DNA of 64,000 bases, taken from assembly GCA_029953675.1 (NCBI GenBank), contig JAMWBK010000009.1:744001-808000 (forward strand), in the 5' to 3' direction. The notes beneath the pieces are model-generated. The model did no database searches. It had not been told where the DNA came from and saw only the letters and a program-made list of their open reading frames with translations. The position numbers were made by a program, and so were the translations under genes. This stretch comes from Rhodosorus marinus CCMP1338 (lineage: Eukaryota; Plantae; Rhodophyta). Below are positions 11,695-24,241 of the stretch, in pieces (position 1 is the stretch's first letter; each line of letters opens with the position of its first letter).

Positions 11695-14600
11695 TCATTC
11701 CTCCTCTGACCTCTTCAGAGTTAAAGGCATGAACTTTCGCCCAGTCCCGTGGACATTGTAGAATTTGTTCTGAAATTCTACCCAATGGAGTCTCAAAGCA
11801 TGAAGAAAAGCGGACAATGACTCCATACCCATCAACACCCCGAGAGTCGCCGCGATCCACACCAAAAACCCAACCAATATGATCACAATATTCCCGCTGG
11901 ACAGCGGGAAGAAGATGAGCTTCTCTAGGAAAACGTCGCTCAATTCCGAGTGTGCCAAGCTTAACGCCCACAACCTGAGATAGCTGGCAGTGTTGCTGAC
12001 CGCGCCAAGTACAAACTCAATGGTGTGGATAAGCTGCCCCACGAAAACGTCTTGAAAATTGAATTCCTTCTCCGGCTTTTCTCCATCTCCTGCTCAAATG
12101 AGGACAGTTTGCCAAGACTCAGCTTTTCTGCAGGGTGATGGCAAGTCTGGCTGGCAAACCTCACCAGCTCCTTCGCCCTTTTTAACAAAAATAGTGTCAT
12201 CCGTATCACCTGGCTGATGCTCTTCTGTAGTGGACGAGGGAACTAGTGACTCATACCGGATCTTGTGGTAATGCCTTCTTCGCAGCAAGAGAGGTCTCGG
12301 GAGCAACATCCACGGTATGCAAACGAGAGCTAGAAGCAAAAGAACAACCTTTCGGACGCATGGAATTGACAGACTTGTTAGATTCGGTGAGAATCTGACG
12401 CAAAATTCTCACCCGGATCAGTGCAACGCTGCTCACCTGAACAACAGCCTGACCTCGGAATAGTGTGTTCTCTGGTGGTACCTGTCCCGGGCTCATGAAC
12501 ATCCCAATCAGAATCGCTTTCAGATCCGGAGGCTGGCAGTTTGGATCGTTCTGGCATTCTACAGAATTCCAGTCAGTCATCCACTTCACGAGAATCAGTA
12601 AGACGAGGTATCCAAATATAGAGCACATGAAGAGAATTTGGGGGATAAACACGAAAAATACGTCTATGCTCTCCTAAGCAGCGATCGAAGAAAAAATTTC
12701 CGGACGAGTTGGCACGACGTGAGTTGGTCAGCTTTTTCAATCACAGCTTTGGACACCGCAAGCACCAAACGCGTTAACTAATTGAGCATCACAAGTGTAA
12801 GTGGAGTATGGCTGAAGGTAAAACTAGGTTGCCTACCCGAAAATGGACGCCGTTCCAGAAAGAGTTAAATATTCCAACGATCATATGGGTGACTCCTAGC
12901 ACAATGGATAGCTTCATTTTGTACGAGTTGAACATCGCCAAGCTATTCTTGCTGATCTTCCAGATAGGATCAAAACCAAACGGGTACGGATTCAACGGAG
13001 GGTTCGCTGCACCTGGGTCGTCGCAGTTGTCAATGCCACAGGCCACATCGCTTTCATCTGTAAATTTCCACCTATTCGTTAGCAGAACCGCGAGACAGCG
13101 AGCGAATACTCAGTTGTCATATACCAACCCGAGGTCAGCCGCATTTACTCGCGAACAGAATCGTACCGGCTAACGAAGATGTTCATTGGGATGGCAAAAA
13201 CCTCGTTATAAATGAAGCCGGTGAAAATGGAGAACAACCCCATCAGGAAGATTATGTATCGACCATTGAAGCAGTACGCGAAGAACTCCGATCTCTTCGG
13301 TCCACTTTGAAAGGCTCGCTCAAAAATGATGAGGATCAACGCGAAGCACGCCATAATCACGCCATGACCAACATCTCCGAACATCACGGCGAAAAGGAAC
13401 GGGAACGTTATCACTGCAAACGGCGCGGGATTCATCTACGCATTTATAAAAAAAATTTGGTAGGTACTTCAAATGAACACGATGCGTTGCTGAAAACAAG
13501 GTTTGATAAAATAATCGTACCTCCTCATATTGTGCGATTCCGTAAGACTCAATGATAGCCTGAAAAACACTTGTAAATCTGTTGATTCGAAAATACGTCG
13601 GGGGCTCTCCTTGAGATTTTCCTTCTCCTCGTACTTCAACAAGAGACGGAGCCTGCATCAGGGAAAATAAAGAACGAGCAGGGGATCGCTCAGTACGTTT
13701 CCGAAGCTCTAGTACTGGATTTCCACTGAAATCTTTACCTGTGCGTTTGAGCTCAACTGGCCCCGCTTAATGCATGCAGTGAACTCCTCCATATCCGTGG
13801 ATGCTACCCATCCCTCAGCGATGAAGAGGCTCCTCGACGTATCATAATTCAGCATATTCGAAGCTTGCAGAATAGTTTTCTCGTCCGCGACAAAGTCCTT
13901 CCAAATGTCAAGATAATCTCTGTAGCTGCGTATTATCTCGGCTCTGCTCGCCTTCGTCGCAGTTATAACTAATTCGAGTTCCCTTAGCCGCTCGAGACAG
14001 GTTTCGTGCCTATCATTCGAACAGGATCACCAAAATTACATGTTAGTTCGCCATGCAGTGGCTTCGGGATGCGACGAACTTCTGCGCGATCTCTTACGAC
14101 TTCTCTCGCTCTTCGCTGTCCTCCGGAATTGGATATCGAGCTGCCTGAAATGCTGTACAGGTTCTTTCTACTTTTGATCTTACTTTTGATCCGGTCAGGA
14201 AGACGATAAACACTGTCCGTCCTTCGCTGACATCCTCTGACTTCACATAGCTGTTGCCTTTGGTCACGCGAAAAGTCGTTCTCTCGAAAGCTGCGCGCCT
14301 CTCCGTATCTATCATTCCAGCAACAAAGTTGACCAGGCCCTTCCCAGAGTGCGTTCCACTTTCCGCAGATAGATCTCTGAAAGCGTTCGCCGCAGCCGGA
14401 GTAAGCGCTCCCATTTGTCTCACAAGGGATTTCACGAACCCCCTCTCACTACGATTTGTGTCCTTGAATACATCCTCACAAGCCTCCAACACCAATCGCA
14501 TCTCGTTGAGCTCCTTATACGATTCCTCTATAGATTCTTCGTGGGCCGTGATCTCTTTTACCGAATGCTCCATTGTACACAAAAACTCGTCTAGATCCTC

Positions 14601-14894
14601 CAACTTCTTCGGACTCATGATCCTCCTGTCCTCCAGCTTGTTACTGTACCTGTAGTGCTCGTCCTCCTTGTACAACTTGGATCGCTCATCCAGATACCGA
14701 ATCCGACGAAGCATTTCCTCACATCGCCGAATCTCTGCCGCAGCCTCTTTTTGGAACGAGGACACCTCTTGATTCAGATCCTCCAGCTGAATAATCTCAC
14801 TCCGTGCCAACTCCGCGAGAGTATCATGAGCTGCAACTTGATCAAAGTACAGACGAACGTACGTCATCTCCTCAGACCTTAGAAGACTACCCAT
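11695..14894 (-). CDS. VHA-a: V-type H+-ATPase V0 subunit a, multi-exon
   Basis: N-terminus [16 protein letters not shown]; [24 protein letters not shown]; [20 protein letters not shown] (contains the essential Arg); [17 protein letters not shown]. The fragments join through GT-AG introns. Confidence 0.97.
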
Positions 14895-16650
14895 AATGTT
14901 CTATTCCACCCAAAACCCTCTCCACACCGCCACCACCCCCTTCCCTGCAAAATTCCACTTTCAACTATTCCTCCATAAAACTACCAACCTCTCCCTTCAT
15001 CCAACAAAATGTCCACCAAAAAAAAAAGTCCAATCATATAAGCAATCTCTGTATCAGCAATTCCAGTCTGTGAACCCCCCGCAAAAAAAAAACACTCCAA
15101 TCCCACCATCAAGTAACACCAGCACCTCCACACCCTTCTCATCGAACAGCACCGAAAAGGCGGCTCCCTCTGATGTGGGTCTGTTGTCTAACCCTACCAC
15201 ACTAACAATAGCCAAGCAGAAGTTTTTTCCCCCGTCAGACATCTGACGCGAATCCAATATCCTATAAAACACCAACCCTCAAAAAAAGGGGTCTCCAGCA
15301 CTCTTCTTTCACATTTGTTTTAACAAACAAAAAATAATTCAAAAATTGTCCTTTCCTGAATTTGATAGGAGACACCGCCCCCCTCCTTGGAGGTGACCAT
15401 TTTCTCAATATTCCAAGAATAAACTTTTATCATGACAGGCTGTCGTTTTGTATCGAATCACAGCAGGTTATGACGTGAATGTCTCCACTGAATTGGCCTA
15501 TTTTAGATCTTGTATTTTGTTAAAAGTTTGTTGTACTAGGTTAAATACTATCGTACTAATATTTACACTTTGAAAGTGTGATTTAATTGGCTAAGTGGTC
15601 GCCAAGAATAATGGGTTATAATTCTACTGCGTAAATACTATTTATTGCTTTCATTAAAACTTTTGAAGGTTTCTCCAGAAATATATAAAAAGTATCCGTA
15701 CCCCAGGACTGAATTGAGCATTGTCGGAGCCTGGTGTGAAAGTGATTGCCACAGTTGTACAGACCGGTCTTAAGAGGACTACGGATAGCCCGGAGTGGTT
15801 TGGGGGCTGGTTGCAGGTGGCGTTGATCTTTTTGTTCTGGCATTACACGCCACGCCACGGCCTTTAAGACCGTACATTAAGGACTCCAATTGAGCACATT
15901 TCATTGTAACAATCATACTGCAGTGGCGTGACCTGCTTCTGTTCGATCTGGACTTTTCCGATCGCTTAGTTCTTATAGAGTTGCCCGACGATGGACTCTT
16001 GTTTTTGCTAAGCACTTCGCTGGTAGTGATGTCCAGGCATCAAAGCAGGGGATCTGTTCTAGCTAGTGTCCATATTGCGACCCTTTGGTAGAGGTTTGTT
16101 TGTTGTCTGCAGCCTCTCAGGTCAAGCAATCGTACCGCAGGGCGATATAGTGCTTCACTGTATATTTCGCGCAGAGCACAGGCATAAGAGGCCTAAATTC
16201 TGCAACCGTCCTCGATGCAAACCATCGTCGGATTAGAATTGTATCTATTCTTCAGTGCATGTAGCTCTCGATGAAGACAACTACGGACAGGATCGAACCC
16301 ATAGCTCTGAAGGCCAACTTTTCCCATCCTTGTCATCTGGGATTCTTACGGCTAGACATCAAAATGAAGCGTCGGGCGCGCTTTCAATAAGGACCAGCTC
16401 TGGTCGAGCTAAAACGGGGAAGTTTCTTTTTCTTAACAGCTGGCATGCAGGCCTTGTACGTACGTTCTTTGCGCTCTTGGAACTGCTGCTTTCATTGGGT
16501 TTAGCATTTCTCCTTCATCAGGATAGATCCGAGTCGTAAGCATCCGTTGTTCAATGTCGCGCGAAGAGTTTACGCAGCCTGATCTATTGATTTCGTAACC
16601 TCCGCGGTTGGGGAGGAACAGATCCATGAGGAGAGGCCTTGCAGGAAGCG

Positions 16651-17870
16651 ATGGACTACAAAATGGTGGAATCCGAGGATGTCGATCTTTGGCTGGTTCA
16701 AGTACCGAAAGACCAACCCGCGGAAGAATTTGAAGGGGCAGAGGTCAAAAATGGCAAGCTGACAACTAAGGACGGCCGGACCTTTCGATTTCTAGACGGA
16801 CTCGCCGTTGATGAGATAGTGAACGTTTTCTACGACCCGGACCAAAAGGGGCATGTCTTTGGTGAGTACGATTCCTCTTTCGTTCATACTATTCAGCTTG
16901 CCAGCCAAACCGTCGCTCTCTTAACTATTGACCTTGATTCTGTTGCGCGCCTGTGATCGTAGGGAAAGGATTCACTTCAGGGTACAGGTTAACGGCAGAG
17001 AGTAAGCACTGGACGTCTGAGAAGGAGCTTCCTCAATGGCAGCACAGAGAATATCCGCATCAGATTGAAGAGGCTGCAGGAACCCCTAAGATGGTTGGCT
17101 CAGCTGCGATTATCTCGAAAGGCCGCGGAGGCAGTTCTAGTACGACTGCTGTCCAGGAAGCTGTAGGGTTGAGTGAAACGGTTGAGGTGGAGAAGTATAA
17201 CGTATCAGCAACGAAACTGAAAAATATTAAGAAGGAAAAGTCAACGGGCAAAGTTGAAAAGCCAAAGGCAGCGGACGGAGATGGACTTGGAGCTGTGACA
17301 GGTGCGGCTGTGACAGGCGATGAGGTGCGGGTGAAAAAGCCGAAAAAGTTAAAGGAGAAGCGAAAACGAGAGGAGGATAGTAGCGATGTACATAGGTATG
17401 CTGAAGGTGAGCCCAGGAAGAAGGACGAGAAGAAGAAGAGAAGAAAAGACGTAGACCCGCTAGGCACCAGTGATCGTTCGCATGAGTGGATTGATGAGGG
17501 GAGGAAACTGAAAGAGATGCGGGACAAGAAGGACAACAAGGACAACAAGGACAACAAGGTCGAGGACACGGAGGACACGGAGGACAAGAAGGACAAGAAG
17601 GACAAGAAGGACAACAAGGACAACAAGGACAAGAGGGAAAAGAGGGAAAAGAAGGAAAAGAAGGAAAAGAAGGAAAAGAAGGAAAAGAAGGAAAAGAAGG
17701 AAAAGAAGGAAAAGAAGGAAAAGAAGGAAAAGAAGGAAAAGAAGGAAAAGAAGGAAAAGAAGGAAAAGAAGGAAAAGAAGGAAAAGAAGGAAAAGAAGGA
17801 AAAGAAGGAAAAGAAGGAAAAGAAGGACAATTGGAAGAAAGCAAAGAAGAGGCGGGTTAAGGATATGTAG
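16651..17870 (+). CDS. RPA34: RNA polymerase I subunit RPA34/POLR1G-like with Lys-rich tail; exons 16651-16861, 16963-17870 (372 aa)
   Basis: DLWLVQVPKDQPAEEFEG resembles the LWLIQAP motif of A34.5/PAF49. It is followed by a long K/E/D-rich tail typical of this subunit. Intron GTGAGT...CGTAG 16862-16962 fuses the two track ORFs in frame. Confidence 0.7.
17523..17825 (+). repeat. Coding 9-bp minisatellite: 20 perfect GAAAAGAAG units (17646-17825) preceded by variant units GACAAGAAG, GACAACAAG, GACACGGAG, GAAAAGAGG
   Basis: Read directly from the sequence; encodes DKK/DNK/DTE/EKR then (EKK)20. Confidence 0.98.
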
Positions 17871-18234
17871 GACAACCCAATGCGTAGGAGGAGCGATGGA
17901 AGCGGAAAGGAACGAAACGATGGCGGAGAATTGAGCCAAGAGTTGGATTAGCTTAGGGGCCTTGGGCGCAATCAGAATTTAGCTCACACCTGCCAGTGTA
18001 CATTGAAGATGTAGATACTGCACCGAAGCGCAACTTGAAACGTAAATCACTTTGTCTGTATTTCTGTTGATTGGTCTTGACCTCCGAAGTGAGCCCAGTT
18101 CCCAAAGGAAATCCTCGAATCTTTGGCGGGGTGTCCACCAGCAGGTCAAGAGGATCCCGACCGTACGTTGATACTGCTCCCCTTCCGAAGTCTGCTTTGT
18201 AAACTTTGATCTCAAGGACGTGTGGTACTGTTAG

Positions 18235-21200
18235 CTAGCCGAATCGACACGATTTCGTTTCTGGGGATTCCAAATAGAGCACATTTTCCCGTTCTATCTT
18301 GCCCTCAAGCACGCTCTTGGTATCACCGTTGACGGCGACTATTACCTCCTCCTCAGGACCCCTCTTTGAGAGATGCGCTAATAGATGTGCACTACTTTCC
18401 ACTCTGATCCTTGAATACTGCACATCCGGGAGTAACGAATGGTCAGGGAGAACTGCATCCTCCAAAAGCAGGAACAACACGGCGCTAAGATTTTCAGCAC
18501 TACTTCGAAGCGTCTGGAGAGCATCGAAGGCCCTGTCCTCCGAGGCGATAACAGTAACGGACGGACCATTGACCGTTGCTTCAGAGGCCCGCGCATGAGG
18601 GTCCTCTACGATCAGAATGTCAACTTTCGCCCCAGGATAAATCCCCGGGTAATCTTTGGGGATTAATAAAGCAATGACCCCATGAATCCCAGCTGCCAGA
18701 TTTGGAACTACCCCACTGGTGTGCGTCTGGCTGCGAATTTTAAATCTCTGACCTGCGGGAGCGTTAACCTGGAAAACCAAACATCTTATCAGGACCGTAG
18801 ACAGGAGGCGGCTCCGTTCAGAACTGGTAGCTCACTTCATGAAGTGCGGAAGGAAGCTCCAGATAGGTCGTTTGATAACCATGGTAGTCATTGCTATTTA
18901 TACTTCGGACCCTCGACTCCGTCCATTGGTTGCGAACGAGCGGCGGAAGGGATTTCAAAGAGACCGAAGATGCACGTTCTCCGGCTATCCTCCCCATTAC
19001 AACGCACTCCAGAAGAGAGTTCCCCGCAAGTCGATTAGCGCCATGCATACCCCCTAAGAATTGTTCGAGTTTCAGACAAGCAACGCACAATAAAGCAAAG
19101 GGTCTGCAGCAGTGTTCAACGCATCCGTACCAGTAACCTCACCGGCGCCGAACAGTCCGGGAATAGCAGTAAACGAACTACCCGATTCACCCTTCTTGCG
19201 CAGTATTTCCCCGCTCGGTGAGATGCGCAGTCCTCCCATGGAATAGTGCAACGCCGGCGTAATTAGTGCTATCCAGTACTCGGCCGTGTCTTTCAAAGTT
19301 CCTCCTGGCAGGAGTGCAAGCAGGACTAATACCGTGAGCGAGCAGATACGTCAACGGCTTTGATTGAAGTTTTTTGTTTACGTACCAGATGGGTAGTAGT
19401 CTTTTCCGAACCTATCGGGTTTGCCGGACTTCCACGAACTCTCATATTCCTCAATTGTCTGCTCGAAGTCTTCCAGGGACAGTTCCTCCAGTTCCGTTAC
19501 GGCTTCATGCACGGAACGGAACCTGCTAAAAAGTCCCTTGGAGGCATAGAAAGCAGCGGAGGCAGCTCCAAAGCCATCCACCATCTCAGACGAAAGGACG
19601 AGCCAAGCCCCTTTTCTGTCCTCGGCTCCTACGCGGACAAGGGAAGCGCACTTTCCCGCAACATCAGACACTCGCGCACGCAACAATTTTATTGGCGCTT
19701 GTCATCATGCTGACCTTGATCATTCTTAGCCTCAGCCAGTAAAGTACCGAGCGAAAACCCGTTCTCCAAAATCGCGTTCGTGACTACGTCCCTAGGTGCA
19801 AGCTCGTTTACGAAACTGCCATACACAATAGTAGAACTTCGCGTACTTAGCCAAAAACCTACACTAAGGTTCCTGTCAACCGCGTGTATATTGATACGCA
19901 CCGCTTTCCTTCAGCGTTGACAAGCATTCCTCCTGTGCCTCGCAAAGATTCAGGAGCAAGGAAATTTGTGCTAGCAAAGGGATCGCTTTTGTTGACAAAG
20001 GATGTCGGGTGCACCTAATTCACACCAACGCGAGAAATCGGTTCTTCCGGTTAAGATGACACAAAAGAACTCGCAAGGTACGCGCTCATTGAAACTGACC
20101 TGGACGTGCTCCATGTCGCGCGCGGCCGCTCCAAATTCCATTCCAAGCTTGATGCCGTCACCAGTTGCCCAGGGACCGTTCGTAGTTGGAAATTTCGCCT
20201 TCTCGCCAGCATATTTCAGCAGAACATCTCCACCAGCACAGTAGCCTGGCGTATCCAAGAGATAAGTCCTTCTCGAATCAACGTCATAAAGAGCTCGTGA
20301 AAGCTACCGTACCTCCGCTTGCCAGCACTACAGCATCCGCATGGATCTCTTCCGTCTCACCGGAAAACTCAGAAAGAACTCCCACAACACCACTCTCCTC
20401 AGAGCCGAGAAGGCCCTTTACCGCGTTGTTCAACTTGATGTTCAGTCTGTCTTTGTACTCATCTGACTTCAGTGCATCGATTAAAGTTTTCATTATAGTC
20501 CAGCCGACAGGCTGTGGGCGCCCGTCGGGCATAGGAGAAAATCGCCAGGTTCTGCGGAACGAGTGACCCCCGAGCCGTGTACTGTCCTTCATGTCAAGTT
20601 TGAGAGTTTCTCTCAACCACCTAAGCGCATCTGCACGGAATCGAGGGGATTCTTTCTTGAGTTATACCGCTCGTCCTAACTGGCACCTGGAACTGGGGGC
20701 TACCTGAGCTTTGAAACGCCACCATCTGAACCAGGTTCTCGTCGTTGATTTCATGGCCGGCTTTCAAAGTGTCTGCAATGAACTGATCGGGGCTGTCCGA
20801 TTCGTTTGTGTTCACACTATTCATTCCAGACGTTGCCTTTGCAGAATTGCCGCCAAGAAAGGCGTTCTTTTCTATAATCGTCACCGAACGGCAACCATTC
20901 TCCAAAGCCGTTACTGCCGCTGTCAAGCCAGCCAATCCCCCTCCAACCACGATAGTCGAGCCCCTAGTAGCAGGAATATCCTGTGCAAGCATAGATTCAG
21001 CGAAACTGGCCGTTTGCGGAAGGAGAGGCTTAAAAGGTCAGTAAACCAGGAATCCGGCTATCGCTCACCGATCTCAACGGCATCCCTGCGTTTCCTTTCC
21101 CGGTATGCCACAGACTTTGCAGAGTTAAAACTCCTGCAGCGAGAAGAAACGAAATCACTAAAGCAATGCGCGCCTTCGCAATCGGAGTCAAGCCAAACCG

Positions 21201-21284
21201 ACGAAACTTTGGCTCCTCATTGTCGACCACCTCCTTCTCACCAAGACCGGCAACCTCTACTTTCCTTCGTTGTCTTAGTGACAT
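18235..21284 (-). CDS. Flavocytochrome c-type FAD-dependent fumarate reductase (Osm1/Frd1 family) with N-terminal TM anchor and C-terminal degenerate reductase-like domain; multi-exon
   Basis: IVVGGGLAGLTAA (FAD), GGNSAKATSGMN, RLGGHS, TTNGPWATGDG, QVHPT, APESLRGTGG, RFVNELAPRDVV, LHYSMGG and HGANRLAGNSLLECVVMGRIAG. All catalytic His/Arg motifs of the family are present. Confidence 0.92.
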
Positions 21285-21654
21285 ATCACAACATTCAACC
21301 AAATTCAAACGAACAGCGAGGTCTTGGAAAAAAACATACGCACTTGTTCCTCCCCAAATCTACCCTCCCCCCCAAAACCCAACTAACAACCCCATCATGG
21401 CCTCGCCGGCAAAAATCCTCGCGAAACAAAAAAAAAGGTATTCGCACGACACCCTCAAGCGGTAAACCTTGGAATTTTCATTGTTCAGGAGAAAACTCCG
21501 GGCCAAACTAATACACTGAATGATACTGAGTGGGACGAAATATCTCATCCGGACAGAGGCTGTCCCGTTCTGTGTCCCACTGACCTTTTTGGCTGTTCTG
21601 GGGCGATTTTTAGTTCAGCTGAAAATTTAATCAATTTCCCACAACGCAAGAAAG

Positions 21655-23043
21655 TTAAGAGCCGGAGACGGGGAAGCCTTCCAGGAAGAACTTGTCGGAC
21701 TTCACGTCTCTTGAGACCTCAATACGTTCATCGAAGTCTCTTCTGGCGATTGCCTTCGCGCACCGTTGAAGTGCGTCCTGATCGTCGTCGGTGTGGTTGA
21801 GTCCCACCTGGACGGGTCTCCTGAACCCGATTTCATCAACGTTGAGCACGGTGAAGTACCCGCTGTGCGAGGTGACAATTCCGAGTCCGTCCATGATCTT
21901 ATCCACAAATGCCTCAATCTCAACTTCGATTGTAGTGTTTCGTACGCTGACCACTCGAGCGTGCATTTCCACCACATGCTCCGGCTTGATGGTTTGTCTA
22001 AAGTCTATGCGGTTCATCGAGATAACAATCATATGCGTATTCCCAGTGAATCGCTTGGCTGTGACCTGCGCAACTCCCAGCATCCAGCGCAAAACATCTC
22101 CACCAAAAATTATGTTCAAGTGGTTGTTGTGCCGGGGGAGCATTTGCTTTCTGACAACAACTTCCGTCTCATTCACAGTGAGGTACTCTCTCCTCGATAA
22201 TCCTTTTTCAGTTTCCGCTAACGCCGAAGCAGTGGGCATCGCACCTACACGTGAAGCACGAACTCGAGGTTAGATCCATACCCACCTCAAGCTACAAAAA
22301 GAAACCTTCCATGGGCACTGTCAGGAAGATCCATATCAGACCAAGTCAACCATGCAACGTGTCATCACGCGCAAGGGCAAAATAATGCGGAGTACACTGA
22401 TACATAGTAGTCGCGCAAATTACCTTCACTGGCAGCAGCTTTCTGGGCTGCCACCCAACGAACACTTAGTTCCTTCCGTCGCTTGGCAGATTCCATCATC
22501 TTCATTTCATTCTCATTCTCAACCTTGAGAGTGGGGATGTTCTTGTTCGGACGAAGTGTTTTAGGATCTATCGCTACGTAGGTGATGTAAGAGTATGCGA
22601 CAGTCTTAAACTTTCTGAGATTGAAGTCGTGCTTCTTAGCTTCAACGTGAATAGTGATCGACGATGATCCCACCAGGACAACTTGACCCTCAACTCTGAC
22701 CAGATCTCCATGGCAAATTGGAACTAGAATGTCTACTCTATCGAACGAAACAGTCGTACAGGGGCCCTCCGCGAAAGCAAAAGCAATACGCCCCGCCACT
22801 AAGTCCATTAACTCCAGAATGGCACTGGGGCTCAGAAGCTTTCCAGCCAACGCCTCCTCTGCTCCAAATCAGCAATTTCAAGAAGAGCATATGATAAGCA
22901 ACCTGCGTAGCAAACAAGCTAACCGTGGAAACTGAAAGTGGAAACTGAGAGTGGAGACTCTTCTCACCTCCCAGAACTTCAGCGAGGAAATCTTTTGCTG
23001 ACGATGCAGGCTTCTCTTTCTTAACCACACCATCCTCCGCCAT
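21655..23043 (-). CDS. Double hotdog-fold acyl-CoA thioesterase (YciA/ACOT7-like), multi-exon (first intron 22859-22967)
   Basis: Domain 1: ILELMDLVAG...CTTVSFDRVDILVPICHGDLVRVEGQVVLVGSSSITIHV. Domain 2: MLPRHNNHLNIIFGGDVLRWM...ISMNRIDFRQTIKPEHVVEMHARVVSVRNTTIEVEI. Confidence 0.88.
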
Positions 23044-24241
23044 GACGATACGAAAGAACTACCTTCAAAACCAAAAACCCAACTACCAGTCCAATTGACA
23101 CAGTTTCACTTCACTGTTCCGATTCATAAGCTTATATACTAGCCAAAAGTGCTTCTGAAAGATCACTGAATCCACCAAATCTCCCTCCACCGAAGCACAA
23201 GCAACCTCTCTAACCCCCCTAGTCCACCCTGGCAGCCCGATTGCCTTCCAACGAATCTGAAACGCATTGGCCAAAAGCAGTCCCTATGCCCAAAAATCCT
23301 TTCTAAATTTCGTAAAATTCAAATTTCTTCAACGAAATTCGCTCATGGGGCTATCCGAGGACATCGGACCATTTCTTCATCCACCGATTAGTTTTTTTTC
23401 TTAGTTTCGATAAATTGCAGAATGCTGTTTATGACCATAGTGAGGATTTTCGGGCCGTGCTCATGATAGATTGTTGAGGACAGCAGGACTCCCTTCTCAC
23501 CCTCATTTGCCAGTTAACTGGACACACAGGGTTTTTGTATTCTTCACGATAACCTCCAAGCTCCCCCCTCTCTATCTCTCTCTTGGCGTAAGGGTTTCGC
23601 GTTCCTAAATCGGGGAACAGGCGAACATCCGCCACAATCCAAAACTTCCCTCCAAACCTCTCTACCCAGCTATCGCTCAACGAAGAACTGCCAACGACCA
23701 GAAACAGGTCAAAAACTTGGTTCTTGTTCCCAAAACTAGGAGAACGCTTCCTCTGTTCAAGGTCACCGATGTCGACCTCTTCAGGTCCAAGTTTCGTCTT
23801 CAAAGCTGCAGAATCGAAAACGCAGACTCACCAAACCAGACCGGAAAAAAACAGAGTGTCAGCTGTCCATAGTGTCCTAAACGGTTGGGACAATCGGGAC
23901 AGAGTTTGTTGCGCTCGCGCAGAAACTCTTCAGTTTTTGACATCGGGCGCAGTGAGGGTGGTGGGAGTGTTCTACATTAGGTGTTAACTGGTGGTAGAAC
24001 GATGTTTCAGATGGGTTTTTCCTGGAGTTTGTACTGTGGCAAGTTTTGAGCGCTGCCCGATGACCCGTGAAAATTTCTGGTTTGGTTTCCAGGGCTGGGC
24101 GTGTGGTGTGGCACGATGGAGTCAGTTGAGGAAGGCGGGTGGGAGAGGGGAGTTGGGCGAGGAGCTTTCGCGTTTACCTGAGAGAGGATCCGTAGTTTTT
24201 TTTTTCTGATTGGAAGAGTCTGTTGTTGATGTTGTTGGGGG

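Noticed and set aside
17060-17939. Three long minus-strand ORFs (SFF-, PSF- and LFL-repeat proteins)
   Set aside because: They are antisense shadows of the stop-free 9-bp repeat in the RPA34 tail.
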